From Gemmatimonadota bacterium (GTDB taxonomy: Bacteria; Gemmatimonadota; Gemmatimonadetes; Longimicrobiales; Longimicrobiaceae), in NCBI GenBank assembly GCA_040752145.1, contig JBFMFL010000004.1, positions 13,031 to 77,030 on the forward strand: a stretch of 64,000 bases of DNA, in the 5' to 3' direction. Made by a program: the position numbers and the translations under genes. Of this stretch, positions 1 through 9,207 are shown piece by piece (within the stretch, counting starts at the first letter, position 1; the number at the start of each line of letters is the position of its first letter). The notes below the pieces were generated by a model. It saw only the letters and a list, made by a program, of their open reading frames with translations, was not told where the DNA came from and searched no databases.

Positions 1-512
1 CACTCGTCGCGGAGCGGGTAGCGGTACCGGTAGCGGTCGTCGTCGTAGAGCTCCAGGCCGCGGAGGCGGTCCTTGGGGCCCGCGTCGTATCCGATCCACT
101 TCTCGATGCGGCCGCCGCGGCGCCAGGCGCGCTGCGCCAGGTCCCAGCCTGCCTCGTACTTCTGCTGGGGCTCGACCTTGAACTTGAGGCTGCACCCCTT
201 GTAGCCGAAGGCCAGGCTCGGGAGGGTCTGGTTCGCGAGCAGGTTGCCTTCCAGGCTCGTGTACCGGTCGTGGCGGGGCACGTAGCGGACTTCGACCAGG
301 TCGGGGAAGCCAATCGCGCGCAGCCACGGGCGGAGCACGCGCTCCTTGTACTCGTACGTTGCGGGGCGTTCGCCGTCGTCGCCCACGTCGGCGAAGAGGA
401 TCAGGTCGGGGCGGATCCCGAGGCGGCGCATGCCGACCAGCATCGCCATGCTGTTGGCCCCTACGCCGCAGGCGACGGAGACCGGGTCCGTGCCGTCGGG
501 GCTCTCCAGCAT
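1..512 (-). CDS. PAPS-reductase / PP-loop (adenine-nucleotide alpha-hydrolase)-like protein; 3' end lies outside the window
   Basis: Not in the ORF track. Hand translation of the minus frame from ATG at 512-510 to the window edge gives 170 codons with no stop and G/C at almost every third position. 'VSVACGVGANSMAMLVG...LILFADVGDDGERPATYEY' follows the PAPS-reductase family N-terminal layout ('SGGKDS ... DTG..fpET.ef'), but the PP-loop is degenerate. A GTG at 551 is an alternative start. Same strand as the C5-MTase, 168 nt downstream. Confidence 0.45.
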   Translation of the reverse strand, partial: MLESPDGTDPVSVACGVGANSMAMLVGMRRLGIRPDLILFADVGDDGERPATYEYKERVLRPWLRAIGFPDLVEVRYVPRHDRYTSLEGNLLANQTLPSLAFGYKGCSLKFKVEPQQKYEAGWDLAQRAWRRGGRIEKWIGYDAGPKDRLRGLELYDDDRYRYRYPLRDE

Positions 513-679
513 GTCCAGCTGCCCCCGTGGGGGCGTGCGGCGGCGTGTCACTGGCGTGGGATCCGTGGGGCGGGGGAGCGGCGGGGACGCGCGCCGGCGT
601 GGACCCGGGGGGCGCACCCGGCGGGTCACGCCGGCTGGCCGGCGAGGAGGATGCGGGCCCTCCCGCGAGGCGAGGGCGG

Positions 680-2095
680 TCACGCGCCGGTGAGCGAGGA
701 CGGGCCGGGCTCCGGGGAGTCGGCGCCGGGCCTGCCTGTCACGGCGGCGATCACGCGGCGGAAGAGGTCCACGTGGACGCCCTGGCCGAGCGCTTCGCCG
801 GCGACGGCGCGCGAACGCCCGAGGTCGTAGTGGGCCGGGACGGCGAAGAGCCGGCGCGCTTCGCCGAGGGTCATCCACCGGTACTCGCCCGGGCGGGCAT
901 GGTCGCCGATCACGAAGTTGTCGCCCTGGCCGGCGAAGTAGCGGCGCGTCAGGGTGGGGACGCGGTCCGTCTCCGGGAAGAGGACGCGTCCGGCGAAGCC
1001 GTTCCCGCGGGCGGTCTGGGTCTCGCGGTGGTGGAAGAACCAGCGCTTCGTGTCGCGGGTGAAGAAGAGGTCCGCGGTGGCCGCCGGGGCGTCCATGATG
1101 TCGGCGAGGCGCGGACGCCCGGCGCCGGGGGTGGGCCAGCGGATCGGGGCCGGGTCGCTCGTGGCGGCGACGACCGCGCGCGGGCGGTCGCCCAGGTACC
1201 CGTAGTCGGCCGGGCTGAGGACCTTCGACTCGACGTGGTAGCCCATGCGGGTCAGGGCGCCGGCCAGCAGGTACGCCGCGGCCGACTTGAGGAACAGGGG
1301 CACCTGCTCGACGAGGACGTACGCGGGGTTGAGGGCGTCGGCTGCCTTCAGGAGCCAGAACACCAGGTCGGAGGAGGGGTGCGCCTCGCGCGGCGTGTCC
1401 GGGGCCCGGCGCTCTCCCGTTCCCGGGAGGGTCATGAGCTTCCGGGACCAGGGGCGGCAGTCGAGGCCGCTGACGAGCAGCTCGACCGGCGGCAGGTCCT
1501 CCATGTCCACGTCGGAGACCGACTGGTTGAACATCGTCGCGCCGCGGTGGTTCGCTTCGTACAGGGCGGCGTAGCGGTCGGAAACCTCGACGGCCCAGCC
1601 CGGGGTGAAGCCGGCCTGGCCGGCGGCCTCGTCCAGCAGCCCGGCCCCGCTGCAGAGCGAGCCGGCGGCGCCGTTGCGGCAGCGGCTGAGCCGCTTGCGG
1701 GCGGTGCGCTCCAGGGAGATGTCGATCTCCCCCTCGGTCACCCGCACGCGGACGGTGGTGGCGGACCCGAAGGCCGCGCGGAGCTGGGCCGTGTGGAGAT
1801 CGATCACCGGGACGGTGGCGCCGGCGCGATGCTTCGCGCAGACGGCCCGCGGCCCGTCCGGGACCAGGCGGATGCGGACGCGGCCGGGCGTGAACTCGGC
1901 CTGGATGCGCGCGGCGGGCTCGAAGCGCGCTCGGGCGAGGTAGGCGCCCTGGAGGTAGATGCGCTCGGCGCCGCGGGAGACGCCCACCGTCGCGGTCCCG
2001 ACGCGAAGGTACGGGGCGGGGGAGGGCGGGGCGTGCTGGTCCCGGGTCAGCATGGCGAGAGAGGGCTGCGGGGGGGCGGCGATGAAGTGCCGCAA
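680..2095 (-). CDS. DNA (cytosine-5)-methyltransferase, divergent, with a ~140-aa N-terminal extension
   Basis: 471-aa ORF. Motif I-like 'GSLCSGAGLLDEAAG', catalytic-Cys region 'VSGLDCRPWS' (DC where PC is usual), 'VLVEQVPLF' (EQV where ENV is usual), 'TLTRRYF' and C-terminal 'GQGVHV'. These appear in the canonical order of C5-MTase motifs I, IV, VI, VIII and X. Confidence 0.7.
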   Translation of the reverse strand: MRHFIAAPPQPSLAMLTRDQHAPPSPAPYLRVGTATVGVSRGAERIYLQGAYLARARFEPAARIQAEFTPGRVRIRLVPDGPRAVCAKHRAGATVPVIDLHTAQLRAAFGSATTVRVRVTEGEIDISLERTARKRLSRCRNGAAGSLCSGAGLLDEAAGQAGFTPGWAVEVSDRYAALYEANHRGATMFNQSVSDVDMEDLPPVELLVSGLDCRPWSRKLMTLPGTGERRAPDTPREAHPSSDLVFWLLKAADALNPAYVLVEQVPLFLKSAAAYLLAGALTRMGYHVESKVLSPADYGYLGDRPRAVVAATSDPAPIRWPTPGAGRPRLADIMDAPAATADLFFTRDTKRWFFHHRETQTARGNGFAGRVLFPETDRVPTLTRRYFAGQGDNFVIGDHARPGEYRWMTLGEARRLFAVPAHYDLGRSRAVAGEALGQGVHVDLFRRVIAAVTGRPGADSPEPGPSSLTGA

Positions 2096-2433
2096 CGGTC
2101 AGGACACGAGGAAGGGCCAGAGGGTGGCCGCGAGGCCGGCGGCGCTGGCCACGAGCGCCGTCGCGACGGCGAGCGATTCCGCGCGCCGGCGGGTGACGGG
2201 TGGCGGCCGCATGCCGGCGGCGCGGCGGCGGCGCGAGCGGGCGATCAGCGATGCTGCGGCCGCGGCACCGGCGAGGAAGACGGCCGGCCCGGCGATCAGC
2301 TGGATCACGGTACGTTGCGCAGGGGAGGGGGGCGGGTCTGAGCCACCGGCCGTACGCCAGGGGAGGGGTGGGCTCGCATGGAACGCGCCGCCGCAGACTG
2401 GTTCACAGACCGCGGACAGGCCCGCGACCGTTC

Positions 2434-2975
2434 TCAGCCGGCGGTCCGGAAGTCGAGCAGGATCTGGAGGGGGGCGAGGGCGGCGAGGGGCGCGGCGGGG
2501 ACGACGGGGGGCGCGCCGGGGCGCGCTTCCCGTGTGCGGTTCTGGAGGCGTGCGGAGCGGCGCCACAGCATCTCGTCCAGCTCGGCGCAGGACACACCCA
2601 GGGAGTCGGCGTAGCCCTGGAACACACGCTCCAGCGCCTCGTACACGGATCTGTTCTGTGGGCTCGAACCGGGCGTTTTGTGGCCCCGCTCGGCGAGTCA
2701 GCGGAGGACGTGCGTGTCGAGTACCGCCGCACGGACCTCGGGGCGGGAGTACACGAGGATGAACTTGGCCGTCTTTCAACTGCACCCGTGCACCGCGGCC
2801 AGGTCCTCCTCGGTGCAGGTGCGCAGGTCCAGGTTGCGGTCGACGATCTCCGTGAGAGCCCGGCCGATCCGGGTGTACCGGCCCAGGCGAACGGACTCCA
2901 TGGCCACCGTGCGGACCTGGACGAAGCTGCTCTTCCCCGCCACGGAGATGGCGAAGATCGCGAACTCCTGGAGCT
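2434..2975 (-). pseudogene. 5'-truncated gene remnant with two in-frame TGA codons; family not recognised
   Basis: One minus frame has strong GC3 bias from ~2975 to 2434. It reads '...PVELQEFAIFAISVAGKSSFVQVRTVAMESVRLGRYTRIGRALTEIVDRNLDLRTCTEEDLAAVHGCS*KTAKFILVYSRPEVRAAVLDTHVLR*LAERGHKTPG..YEALERVFQGYADSLGVSCAELDEMLWRR'. The TGA codons are at 2776-2778 and 2698-2700. No start codon or N-terminus is present; GC3 collapses upstream of ~2975. Confidence 0.5.
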
Positions 2976-2985
2976 CGACAGGGTC

Positions 2986-3156
2986 GTGTTGAACTTCCTG
3001 GAGGACTTCCTCTGGTTCGTGTTCAACCCCGAGTACGGGGTGCGGCGCTTCACCCCGGAGCACGCCTGGTGGCACGCGCCCGCGTGGTGGTGGATCATGC
3101 CCCGGGAGTACTGGGTCTTCACCCCCGTCGGGGTGGCGCTCTACCTCTGGAGCTGA
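2986..3156 (+). CDS. Trp-rich small ORF, possibly the C-terminal fragment of a truncated membrane protein
   Basis: From GTG at 2986, nearly every codon ends in G/C ('VLNFLEDFLWFVFNPEYGVRRFTPEHAWWHAPAWWWIMPREYWVFTPVGVALYLWS*'). The same frame loses GC3 bias immediately upstream. Confidence 0.35.
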   Translation: MLNFLEDFLWFVFNPEYGVRRFTPEHAWWHAPAWWWIMPREYWVFTPVGVALYLWS

Positions 3157-3276
3157 CGGGGGCCGAAAACGCGCGGGCTCGATGCGCAACCGTTACGGCT
3201 TCCCGGCGGCGGCGTGGCCGCCGCTCCTCACGTTCAGGCGTGTTCGGCACCGTACACGCCTCACGAGGGACGCCGC

Positions 3277-3801
3277 ATGCATTTCTGGCTCCTGCGCCTG
3301 CGCCACCACGACGAGCGGATCCTGCACGCCCTGGTGCTCCGCCGGCGGCGGACGGCGGACCGCCTGATGCACGGGATCACGCACCTGGGCGACGCGGCGG
3401 TCACGGTCGTGCTCACCATGGCGATGCTCGCCGGCCTCCTCCCCGGCCTCGCGGAAGCCGGAGCGAGGGCCGCCTTCGCGCTCGTCTCCTCGCACCTGGC
3501 GGTGCAGCTCCTCAAGCGCACGGTGGTACGCACCCGTCCTCGGCTCCCCGTCGGGTACGGGTCGCTGGTACGGGCCCCGGACCGCTTCAGCTTCCCCTCG
3601 GGCCACGCCGCGGCTGCGCTGTCCGTGGCCCTGGGGCTCGCGTCGGTCCTCCCCCCGGCGAGCGGGGCGGCGGTGATCTTCCTGGCGGGTTTGGTGGGCG
3701 TTTCGCGGTGCTACCTGGGGGTGCACTACCCCGGCGACGTCGCGGCGGGATGGCTCCTCGCCGCCGCCGGGGCGGGAGCCGCCGGTCTGGTCCTCGGCTG
3801 A
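3277..3801 (+). CDS. PAP2-superfamily lipid phosphatase
   Basis: All three acid-phosphatase motifs are present: 'KRTVVRTRP', 'PSGH' and 'SRCYLGVHYPGD'. Hydrophobic segments occur throughout. Start taken at ATG 3277 (MHFWLL...); the track ORF opens at 3214. Confidence 0.8.
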   Translation: MHFWLLRLRHHDERILHALVLRRRRTADRLMHGITHLGDAAVTVVLTMAMLAGLLPGLAEAGARAAFALVSSHLAVQLLKRTVVRTRPRLPVGYGSLVRAPDRFSFPSGHAAAALSVALGLASVLPPASGAAVIFLAGLVGVSRCYLGVHYPGDVAAGWLLAAAGAGAAGLVLG

Positions 3802-3822
3802 CCGACCGCCCGTCCCGGTCAG
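3798..3822. terminator. Hairpin spanning the stop codons of two convergent genes (PAP2 / MCP)
   Basis: Inverted repeat CTGACCG-N11-CGGTCAG (3798-3804 / 3816-3822). No U-tract, so its function is uncertain. Confidence 0.25.
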
Positions 3823-5483
3823 CCGACCGCCGCCTCCAGCTTCGGATCCTCCTCCGTCTCCACCTTCGTTCCGCCACCGCTCCGGCCGGGCGCTGCCGGC
3901 GTCTCCGTCCGGAAGTACGAGATCAGCTCCCGCAGCCCCTCCGCCTGCGCCGCCATCTCCTCCGCCGTGGCCGCGAGCTCCTGCGCGCCGGCCGCCGCGC
4001 TCTCGGTCACGTGGTCCACGCGCGACATGGCGGCGGCGATCTCCTCGACGGCCGCGGCCTGCCGGCGCGAGGCCGCCGCGACCTCGTGCACCCGGCCCGC
4101 GGTGTCCTGGATGGAGGGGACCAGGTCGCCGAGCAGGTAGGCCGAGCGCTCCGCCACCCGGATGCTGGAGGCGGTCAGGTCGCGGATCTCGGCCGCCGCG
4201 GCGCTGCTGCGCTCCGAGAGCCGCCGCACCTCCTCGGCCACCACGGCGAATCCGCGGCCGTGCTCCCCCGCCCGCGCGGCCTCGATGGCCGCGTTGACGG
4301 CGAGCAGGTCCGTCTTGCGCGCGATCTCCCGGATGATGGTGACGCGCCCGGTGACGGAGCGCATCGCCTCCAGCGTCTCCTCGACCGCGCCGCGGCTCTC
4401 CTCCGCCGTCCGCACGCCTTCCTGCGCCGCCTTCTCCAGGAGCCGCGAGTGCTCGGCGGTGGTGGCGATGGAGGCGCTCATCTCCCGGAGCCCCGTCCCG
4501 GTCTGCACCACGGAGGCGCTCTGTTCCGCGGTGCCCAGCGCCAGGTCCTGCGAGGTGGAGGTGATCTGGGCCGCCGCGGCCGAGACGGACTCGGCCCCGG
4601 CCCGCACCTCGCCGATCACCTCGGCCAGCCGCGCGGCCATCCGGCCCATGGCCCCCCGCAGCTTGGCGATCTCGTCCCCGCCGCCTGCGTCGCCCCGGCC
4701 CCGCAGGTCTCCCCGCGCGATCTCCTCCGCCAGGAGCACCGCCTCGCCGACGCGGGCGGCGAGCCCCCTGACCAGGAGCATGGACAGGAGCAGCGCGACC
4801 GCCACCGCGAGCAGGGGATACCAGGCGAGCCGGAGCAGCTCGCGGTGCGACTCCGCGACGGCCGCGTCCGCCCGCACCGACGCCACCACCAGCCCCGCCG
4901 CGATCCCGTCGCTGTCCATGACCGGAGCGACGGCCACCAGGCGGTCGCCCTCCGGGAACCAGTAGGGGGCCGTTCGCCCCGCCCGGTAGGACCGGAGGCT
5001 GTCCGCGAGGCCGGCGGGGGGCGTCCACCGGACCGGGTCCGCCGGGGGATCGCCGTTGCCGCCGGAGCGCGCCAGCACCCTGTACTCACCCCGCGCCTGC
5101 CGCACCAGCAGGAGCCCGTCCGCGGCGCCGGGCGCGGCCGTGTCCCCCGCCACTCCCGGCTGGAAGGCGCCCAGGGCATTCCGCGCGAGCAGGTAAGGGA
5201 CCGTCACCCGTCCCGGCTGCGCCGCGACGGAATCCACCGTCGCGGCCGGCACCGCCACGCTCGCGCCCAAGGCGAGCGCGACGAGCCGCTCGCGGTAGGC
5301 GTTGGTCACCTGGGTGCGGGTGCCCAGGTACGCCGGCACCAGCATCAGCGCCACCGCCAGCACGACCACCGCCTGGCTCGCCAGCACCAGCTGCCAGCGG
5401 AACGGGATCCCCAAGCCTGCGCCTGCCTTCCCGGGGCGGGCGCGTCCGCCGCGGGGCGCCCCGCCCGTCCACCTCATCCTCAT
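3819..5483 (-). CDS. Methyl-accepting chemotaxis protein
   Basis: Canonical signalling domain '[35 protein letters not shown]'. Also an N-terminal TM helix, a periplasmic sensor region, a second TM helix and a HAMP-like segment. Start taken at ATG 5483 (the ORF opens at 5552). Confidence 0.9.
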   Translation of the reverse strand: MRMRWTGGAPRGGRARPGKAGAGLGIPFRWQLVLASQAVVVLAVALMLVPAYLGTRTQVTNAYRERLVALALGASVAVPAATVDSVAAQPGRVTVPYLLARNALGAFQPGVAGDTAAPGAADGLLLVRQARGEYRVLARSGGNGDPPADPVRWTPPAGLADSLRSYRAGRTAPYWFPEGDRLVAVAPVMDSDGIAAGLVVASVRADAAVAESHRELLRLAWYPLLAVAVALLLSMLLVRGLAARVGEAVLLAEEIARGDLRGRGDAGGGDEIAKLRGAMGRMAARLAEVIGEVRAGAESVSAAAAQITSTSQDLALGTAEQSASVVQTGTGLREMSASIATTAEHSRLLEKAAQEGVRTAEESRGAVEETLEAMRSVTGRVTIIREIARKTDLLAVNAAIEAARAGEHGRGFAVVAEEVRRLSERSSAAAAEIRDLTASSIRVAERSAYLLGDLVPSIQDTAGRVHEVAAASRRQAAAVEEIAAAMSRVDHVTESAAAGAQELAATAEEMAAQAEGLRELISYFRTETPAAPGRSGGGTKVETEEDPKLEAAVG

Positions 5484-5829
5484 CCGTGCTCTCCCGGTTG
5501 TCGTTGTGGGTCCGGGAAAGCTCACCGGAACCCCCGGCGGGGGGGCACGCAACGCGTCACACGCAGGTAACGTGGAGGGAGGGGCACGGGCGGCTGCAGA
5601 CGGGCCTCGCCGCCGCCCCGCGCACCGTTGCCGTTCGCCCTCCGGATCGTGACCGAAGCGAAGGGTGGCGGGGCGAGATTGGTCCGCGTTTCAGGTGATT
5701 CCTTCCCGGACGATCCGGCCAGCCGGGGATCGAGCCGGCATCCCGCCCAGGGAGCCTTCATGCAGCGAGCGCCGGGCAGAACCGTGGTTCCCTCCCGATC
5801 CCCCCTGCCACTCCGCCGGTAGGGCCGGT

Positions 5830-6792
5830 ATGCCAGGCGTCGCGCTGCACTGCCTCCTCGCCGACCAGGCCCTCGCCGACGCGTCCTCCACCGACTGCCT
5901 CCCTTTCCCCGCCGCCGATCCCGAGTGCAGGAACGCCTTCCTGCACGGCGCGATCGGTCCGGACGCTGGCTACTTCCCCGGCGCGGACCCGTTCTGGTCG
6001 GACCTCGCCCACTACGTGCGGGCCGGCGACCTCGCCCGGTCTGTGGTGCGGGAGGCGGCGACGGCGACGGAGCGCGCCTTCGCGTGGGGATGGGTCACCC
6101 ACCTGCTCGCCGACGCGGCCATCCACCCGCTGATCAACCGCGCCTGCGGCGAGCTGGTGCTCGGCGACGGCGAGCGGCCCCTCACCGCGGCCGACGACGC
6201 GGCGTCGCACCTCCGGGTGGAGATGGGGCTGGACCTCGCCTGCTCGGCCGCACACCCCCGCCTGCGCTCGATCCGCCTCCACCCGGTGTTCTCGGGGGCC
6301 GGGATCCGGTTCCTCGGCCGCGCCTACCGCGCGACGTACGCCCTGCCGGTGGAGCTGCGGCCGCTGCTCGGCGCCCACCTGGCCGCCGGCAGGCTCACCT
6401 CCTCGCTGCTCGCGCTCCACTGGCTGCTCCCGCGCCGCGCGGCGGGGGAGCGCCGGAGCGCCCTCGGGGCCGTGCGCCGGCAGCTCCCCTCCGCGCCGTA
6501 CCGCGCGTCGGGGCTGGCGCTCACGCAGGGCTTCCTGACCCCCGTGGAACCGGCCCCCTGGCTCCTCCTCCGGGTGCGCGAGGAGACCGCGGCGTTCGGC
6601 GCCCTGTTCCGCTCGCACCTCGATTCGTGCCTGGCGGGCCTGCCGGACCGCAACCTGGACACCGGCGCAGCGGAGGGCGAGGAGCCGGCGTACTCCCGCG
6701 CGATCCACGCGATGCGGGTGCTGGCGGCGCGAGCCCGCCGCCCCCAGCCCGCCCCCGCCTCACCTCCCTCCCCATCCCTCGTCACGACATGA
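5830..6792 (+). CDS. Zinc-dependent phospholipase C-like family protein
   Basis: His-rich helical pattern 'HCLLAD...FLHGAIGPDAGYF...DLAHY...WGWVTHLLADAAIHP' resembles the bacterial Zn-PLC-like family. Start at ATG 5830. The stop overlaps the phoU start (ATGA at 6789-6792). Confidence 0.5.
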   Translation: MPGVALHCLLADQALADASSTDCLPFPAADPECRNAFLHGAIGPDAGYFPGADPFWSDLAHYVRAGDLARSVVREAATATERAFAWGWVTHLLADAAIHPLINRACGELVLGDGERPLTAADDAASHLRVEMGLDLACSAAHPRLRSIRLHPVFSGAGIRFLGRAYRATYALPVELRPLLGAHLAAGRLTSSLLALHWLLPRRAAGERRSALGAVRRQLPSAPYRASGLALTQGFLTPVEPAPWLLLRVREETAAFGALFRSHLDSCLAGLPDRNLDTGAAEGEEPAYSRAIHAMRVLAARARRPQPAPASPPSPSLVTT

Positions 6793-7490
6793 ACACCGTC
6801 CTGGCGTCACACGTCTTCGTGCCCCCGACCGCCGGCGTCCGTTCGCTCCTCCTCGAGATGGGGGCGCTGGCGGAGGTGCAGGTGCGCGCCTGCGTGGCCG
6901 CCCTCGTCCGGGCGGACCCGGAGCTCGCCACGGCGGCCATCCTCAGGGACCCGGAGCTGGACGCGATGGAGCTGGAGGTGGACGAGGCCTCGCTGACGCT
7001 CCTCGCCCGCCGGCACCCGGTCGCCGCGGATCTCCGCCTGGTCGTGGCGGCGATGAGGACAGCCAGGGAGCTGGAGCGGATCGGCGACCACGCCGTCGGC
7101 ATCGCCCACGCGGTGCGCGACCTGGCCGGGCGGCCGTTCCCGGAACTGCCCCACCTGGAGGAGATGGGGACGATCGCCGGGGAGATGCTGACCGCGGCCC
7201 TCGACCACCTGGTCCGGGCGGACGCGGAGCAGGCGATCCTCCTGTGCCGGCGCGACGAGCAGGTGGACTCGCTGCTGGATCGCCTGACCCACCAGCTGGC
7301 CGCGGTGATGTCCGGGGACCCGCGGGAGATCGTTCCCGGGATGGCGCTCCTCCGGGTGGGGCGCAACCTGGAGCGGATCGCGGACCTCGCCACCAACATC
7401 GCCGAGGATGTCGTCTACGTGGTGGAGGGCCGGCGGTTCCAGCGGAGCAGGGACACGGCGGGGGCGAGGCTGCGGAGACTCTCGGTGTGA
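6789..7490 (+). CDS. phoU: Phosphate signalling complex protein PhoU
   Basis: Two PhoU repeats with 'ELERIGDHAVGIA' and 'NLERIADLATNIAEDVVY'. 233 aa. Confidence 0.9.
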   Translation: MNTVLASHVFVPPTAGVRSLLLEMGALAEVQVRACVAALVRADPELATAAILRDPELDAMELEVDEASLTLLARRHPVAADLRLVVAAMRTARELERIGDHAVGIAHAVRDLAGRPFPELPHLEEMGTIAGEMLTAALDHLVRADAEQAILLCRRDEQVDSLLDRLTHQLAAVMSGDPREIVPGMALLRVGRNLERIADLATNIAEDVVYVVEGRRFQRSRDTAGARLRRLSV

Positions 7491-7544
7491 GCGTCGCGCC
7501 GAGGGCCGGGGCGCATTGGGGGGCGGTGCGGGCCGTGCCCTGGT

Positions 7545-7799
7545 CTACCCCAGCCGGTCGATCGCCTGCTCCAGGCGCAGCCTCGCAGCCGTCCAGTCGT
7601 CGTCGCCCACCAGGGCGAGAAACGCGTCCTTCACGGCGCCGGCGGCGTCCGCTGGGATGCCGTCCCACTCCTCCCTGAGAAGCCGGTAGTGCCCTCGGAA
7701 CGCAGCGTCCGCCTCCGTCCGGCGCTCCAGATCCCGCTCGCCGCTGCCGACCAGCTCGCGCATCGACCGGAGGTGGCGTCCCAACTCGATCCCATCCAT
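7545..7799 (-). CDS. Hypothetical small protein (84 aa)
   Basis: C-terminal part of a long shadow ORF: 'MDGIELGRHLRSMRELVGSGERDLERRTEADAAFRGHYRLLREEWDGIP...'. Normal composition, convergent with phoU. Confidence 0.45.
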   Translation of the reverse strand: MDGIELGRHLRSMRELVGSGERDLERRTEADAAFRGHYRLLREEWDGIPADAAGAVKDAFLALVGDDDWTAARLRLEQAIDRLG

Positions 7800-7949
7800 C
7801 GCAGATCCCCTGTCGCCGTGGTCACGCGGGGGCGCGGAGCGCGCTCCTCCTCCATCGTGGGGACCGCCACGGCCGGGCGCCAGCGCACTCGTGTAACGAT
7901 CACGCAGGCTTTTCGCGTCCGTCTTCCGACCCGCACCCGACCCGAGCCC

Positions 7950-9080
7950 ATGCTCCTTACCAGCGTCCTCGCCGCCGCGCTGCTCGCCGGCCCGGCGGAC
8001 ACCCTCGCCCGTCCCGTCGTCGTCGCCCACCGGGGCGCCAGCGGGCACCGCCCCGAGCACACCCTGGAGGCGTACCGCCTTGCCGTCGCGGCCGGGGCCG
8101 ACTTCATCGAACTGGACCTCGTCTCCACCCGCGACGGCGTGCTGGTCGCCCGGCACGAGAACGAGCTCTCCGGCACCACTGACGTGGCCGCCCACCCGGA
8201 GTTCGCGGGCCGGCGCACCACGAAGTTGATCGACGGCCGGGAGGTGGCCGGGTGGTTCGCGGAGGACTTCACCCTGGCGGAGCTGCGGACGCTGCGCGCC
8301 CGCGAGCGCCTCCCCCGGCTCCGCCCGGGCAGCGCGGAGCACGATGGTCGCTATGGGATCCCCACCCTGCAGGAGGTGATCGGGCTGGCGAAGCGCGAGT
8401 CCGCCGCGCGGGGGCGGACCATCGGGATCTATCCCGAGACCAAGCACCCCACGTACTTCGACTCCATCGGACTCTCGCTGGAAGAGCCGCTCCTCCGCGC
8501 CCTGGAGCGCGCCGGGTGGACGGACGCGGAGGCGCCGGTGTTCGTGCAGTCGTTCGAGACGGGGAACCTGCGGGAGCTGCGGCGGAGCACGGGCGTGCGC
8601 CTGGTGCAGCTCCTCGCCGCCGAAGGCCGCCCGTACGACCTGGTTCGCCGCGGCGACTCCCGCACCTACGCCGACCTGGCGACCGCCGCCGGCCTCGCGG
8701 AGATCGCCACGTACGCGGACGGGATCGGTCCCGCCAAGGAGCTGGTGGTCCCGCGCGACTCCGCGGGCAGTCCGAGCGCGCCGACCACGCTGGTCGCCGA
8801 CGCGCACGCGGCGGGGCTGGTGGTGCATCCCTGGACCTTCCGCAGCGAGAACCACTTCCTTCCCGCCGGCCTGCGCCGGGGCGACCCGGCCGGTCCCGCC
8901 TTCCCGCGCGAGCACGGCGCCGCCGCCGCTGAGTACCGGCTGTTCGAGGCGCTGGGGGTGGACGGATTCTTCAGCGACTTCCCGGCGGAAGCGAGGGCGG
9001 CGCTGCACGGCACGGCAGGGGCCGTCGGCCGCAAGGCCCCGCTCCCGGCACGCGGTCGCTCGCCCAATACACGGCCGTGA
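7950..9080 (+). CDS. glpQ: Glycerophosphodiester phosphodiesterase, secreted
   Basis: Signal peptide 'MLLTSVLAAALLAGPADTLA'. GDPD motifs 'VVAHRGASGHRPEHTLEAY', 'FIELDLVSTRDGVLVARHE' and 'IYPETKHPTYF'. Confidence 0.9.
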   Translation: MLLTSVLAAALLAGPADTLARPVVVAHRGASGHRPEHTLEAYRLAVAAGADFIELDLVSTRDGVLVARHENELSGTTDVAAHPEFAGRRTTKLIDGREVAGWFAEDFTLAELRTLRARERLPRLRPGSAEHDGRYGIPTLQEVIGLAKRESAARGRTIGIYPETKHPTYFDSIGLSLEEPLLRALERAGWTDAEAPVFVQSFETGNLRELRRSTGVRLVQLLAAEGRPYDLVRRGDSRTYADLATAAGLAEIATYADGIGPAKELVVPRDSAGSPSAPTTLVADAHAAGLVVHPWTFRSENHFLPAGLRRGDPAGPAFPREHGAAAAEYRLFEALGVDGFFSDFPAEARAALHGTAGAVGRKAPLPARGRSPNTRP

Positions 9081-9207
9081 CACTTCCGTCGTCCGCCGAT
9101 TGCATTCTTGAGGGGCGGGCGCCGGAGGCGTCCGCCACCCCGACCCACCACCGGGAGCCGGACGGACGAGGATTCTGCGCCGGCCGGGCCCGCAACCGAG
9201 AGGAATC

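Noticed and set aside
359-2341. 660-aa plus-strand ORF, and many similar very long ORFs: 3069..5570, 3193..5028, 8971..11454, 14455..16497, 47135..51952, 50763..53528, 54332..57340, 57337..60180
   Set aside because: They are extremely Arg/Pro/Gly/Ala-rich, have no recognisable motifs, and each lies antisense to or out of frame with a gene that has clear family signatures. These are typical shadow ORFs of a ~70% GC genome.
2698-2778. The two in-frame TGA codons as selenocysteine or recoded codons
   Set aside because: The gene also lacks its N-terminus. I saw no SECIS-like hairpin directly downstream of either TGA. Neighbouring genes use TGA as a normal stop. Nonsense decay is the simpler reading.
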